Assembly (NCBI GenBank): GCA_028534125.1
Contig: CM052816.1
Coordinates: 65,906,001-65,970,000, forward strand
Direction of reading: 5' to 3'
Source of the DNA: Lama glama
Taxonomy: Eukaryota
Length of the DNA stretch: 64,000 nt
Of this stretch, positions 60,701-64,000 are shown piece by piece. The notes beneath the pieces were generated by a model. It did not search any database. It had not been told where the DNA came from and saw only the letters and a list, made by a program, of their open reading frames with translations. The position numbers were made by a program, and so were the translations under genes. Numbering within the stretch: the first letter of the stretch is position 1; each line of letters opens with the position of its first letter.

Positions 60701-63700
60701 CATACATAGATGTTCACCCCAGCATGGGGTTTATGCACAAAAGACTGAAAACAACCTGAGTGCTAAGCAATACGTGAATTCTATTTAAGTATGAAACATT
60801 CCATCATAAAAAATTGTAGATACCTTATTTAGGAGAAAAATTTAATAATGTAGGAAAATGCATTTAGTTTAAATAAGTGAGCAATAGGCACACATTTAAT
60901 GCATTTTAATTATGTATATTGGATTTAATTTAAGACATTTTTAGATGTTGACTAGTAACTCGCCAAGGCAGATAGCTGGACCATGTTATATAGAATCTGA
61001 TGACAAACATCATCTTTCTGATCACAGTCTTCTGTTTGCCTCTTCTCCCTAGAAAAGATACTAATGAGACACTGCCTAATGATATCTCAATATTAGAGTG
61101 CCACAGTAGAGCCTTCACTGTATTTTCAAATAATAATATCCCTTGTATAGGATGGCACTCTACCTGGTGATCGTTGAGTTTATGACAGGACAGTTCTTTT
61201 ATCCTCCAACTGATCAGAAATGCTGCCGTGAAAACAGAGATCTGTAGTCACCGAAGTCCTCTCAGCCCATATCCCTTCCTCACCACCTGGGGTTGAAAAG
61301 CCCGACACGCCCCAAACCTGCCTGATGTGTGGCACCCCCAAGGGATACTTGGAAGTAAACACTAAAAGACAGATTCCCGGATAGTCTGGGACAGAATCTT
61401 TGGGCTAAGGCTCAGAATCTAGATTATTAACAGGCGCTCCTAGATGAACCGCGTGATCCACCAAATCAGGCAGAATAATCAAGAACTGAATGGAGCAGGT
61501 GTGAGCACTGCTCTGGACAGTGTTACCATTGAGTTGCTGGAATGTTGCTGGAAAATCACTGTCTTTCTGGAAAGTGTATATGGTGACACTCACACCCCCA
61601 TCTAACAGAGCAGTCCAGGGTAAACAAGATAGCATGCTTGAAGTGCTTCGCGATTAGCGGGAGGAAACACAAGGTGACATTATTATCTGTGCAGTTCTCG
61701 TCATCATGGCCGTCATCTTCTGGGCCTTCATCCCTGTTATCTCTCAGAATATATACAAATTTTCATTAGACCAGCTTGCTCCTGCCCTGAAAGAGAGTGA
61801 AGTGTCACGTCCATGTTTGTGTATGGAGTGGGAGTGAGTTTGGGAAACGTTAAGGTTAGTAACTGTATTCTTTTTTGTCTTCTCAGACACAGTACCCAGT
61901 CTCCTTTTAAAAAAAAAAAACAACAACAAAAGCTGCATTCTTAAGTCACTCCCTTTATCCACAAAGTGCTTCCCACCCATGTAGGCGTTAAAAAATATTC
62001 TAAGCACACTCAGAAGTACAAGACTGCGGTGGGGCAAACAATGAAAATTCCTTTGGGTCTAATTTCCCAAATTTTCTTAGTTGAGTGTTACACTGAATTA
62101 TTTAACTCTGAATAAGTGAAGACTTCACTCACAGCCTTCTTCCTTTCACTGTCTCACAAAATATTTTTTAAAAATTGGATCTCTTATTACTACGAATATT
62201 AATAAAAGTTGACATTTTCTGACATTTGGTATGTATTTAAGACTTCACATGCATAATCTTTTTTAAATCTTATGATAATTCAATATATAGCTGCAAAGGA
62301 CAAAGTGTAGGTTAAGTCTGACTCAAAGACAGAACGTGAAGGCATCTCTGCCTTAAAATGTGTTGATAAACACACAGAAACACACACAGCCTGCCATCAT
62401 CTTCTTCTCCCAAAATTTATTCCCTATAGATTTCTTTTTTTGTTTTGTTTCTTTCTTTTTTGTAAAGAGGAGAGAGCAGAAAATGCGCCCATGTCATGTA
62501 TCAGTGAACAGGTGTGAGTGGAGGGAGGACGGAGGATGGATAAGACTTACTGAAACAGAGCAGAAGTCAGATATATAAACTAAAGGAAGGATTCCTTCCC
62601 GCGAGGAGGAATTCCTCAAGCTGTCTTCAGTTCCCACAGTCCTCTTCCTGACTCATCTGAAGTACCTGTCGTCATGCCCATGCCCAGGGCTGGAGTGTAA
62701 CAAGGAAAGGGCCCCATACTGTGTGTGAGCAGTGAGGCAGATGGAGGATGTCAGCAGGTCCGGGTTAGGGCTGTGTTTGAGTCTCTGCGCTCACCTTGAT
62801 TCTAGACCCCTCACTGTCAACCTCTGTGATAACAGCTTCTACCTAGGATGCTGCTCCTCTTCTCTTTATGTTTAGACTTGCCATCAGCTCTTCATCTCCA
62901 TTGTCATTTTCTTGGGTACCATTTTCTAACCATGACTTTCCCTAGCTCTCTCTGTCCTCCAAAGAGGACATATCCTGTGCTTTTTAGTGTGCCTTCTTTT
63001 TTTGTTATTCTTTTTTGGCATTGCTGGCACTCTGAAAGTATTTCTTAATTCACTGTATTCTGCGTGCCTGGCAAAACAAATGGTTGCTCACGTCTTTTTT
63101 TTTTTTCCTGGATATGTTTCTGATATTTGCATGTTGCACACTGAATTGTTCACGTGGAGAACTTCACTTATGCATGTCTTCCCGGGTTTGCTTCCTCACT
63201 CAGTCAGTCTCTTGGATGTGAAAGATTGTGCTTGGGCTCTCAGGACCCAGTGAACTTTAGGACTGTTATCCTTGAGGCCTGTGGAACGTCAAATGATAAA
63301 ATGTGTTCTGTTAAATGACAGAGAATGATTAAGTAAACAAAAAACAAAGGGTTTGTAAATGAATGGATAAATGAGTAGATAAAATAAGGAAAAGAAGAAG
63401 AAAGGGAGGGAGGAGGAAATGGGTCAGGCTGAGATCTTTTTCTGGAGAGAACAAGGAAGCTGTCTACACTATGACGTAGCTTAGAGACCAGAAAGAGTCT
63501 GGGGAACGACTTCAGGGTCTTAGGGGAAACTTAGCGACACAAGCATGCAGAGGAGTGAGAGGAGTGGAAGAAGAAAGAAAGTGTCTTAATTGCCAAGGTG
63601 GGAAATAACAAAGGACAGGTCAGGGAACTGAGACCCCAGCAAAGGAAGAGGTGAGGGCCCCTAAGATGCTTCCTGAGTCTCTGACTGCAGTCACTGTGCT

Positions 63701-64000
63701 GCTGAACTAAAATTGTTTATGGAGCAATAGATCTAGGCTTTCTCTTCCAGCAAGCTTTTACTTGGAAAAAAAATCAAAAAGTTGTAAGTTGTGTTTGTTT
63801 GATGTACAAGTCAGAACCTGCATAGAGGAATTAGAGTAAGTCTCAAAAATTGGGAGATCTGGGTTTTACTGCTGGCTCTCTGCTCACCTACCTGGTGACC
63901 CTAGAAGAGTTACTCAAATCCCCTGAGTCTTTTCTGTTAAATATGTTGAATAATAATAATGATGATGCCTTCCTGATTTCGAGGAATATGCAAGATAACC

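Noticed and set aside
1-64000. The remaining short ORFs in the six-frame track
   Set aside because: They show no recognisable domains, many have non-ATG starts, and many lie in repeats or low-complexity DNA. This is what chance gives in 64 kb of intron.

Overview
Mammalian genomic DNA, very probably a camelid: it carries vic-1-type tRNA-derived SINEs and what look like camelid-type L1 3' ends. The window lies inside the PDE4D gene on the + strand. Four internal coding exons (192, 37, 74 and 50 nt) have canonical AG/GT ends and splice in frame into the UCR1 regulatory region of long-form PDE4D, including the PKA site RRESF. Everything else is intron: an antisense RPL35A processed pseudogene, SINEs, L1/L2/MIR/LTR/DNA-transposon relics, microsatellites and one 136-nt N gap. 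There is no prokaryotic-type system, and nearly all ORFs in the supplied track are spurious. Three observations stand out. (1) A back-splice of the four exons would give a 353-nt circle whose ORF starts and stops on the same overlapping ATGA and encodes a 118-aa UCR1-only protein; an inverted pair of L1 ends brackets the exon cassette. (2) A multi-step templated-insertion scar at 19474-19611 contains a 51-bp inverted copy of sequence 1.6 kb upstream. (3) A 75-bp tandem duplication has doubled a canonical NF-kB site. Repeat family names and all human comparisons come from memory, not from searches.
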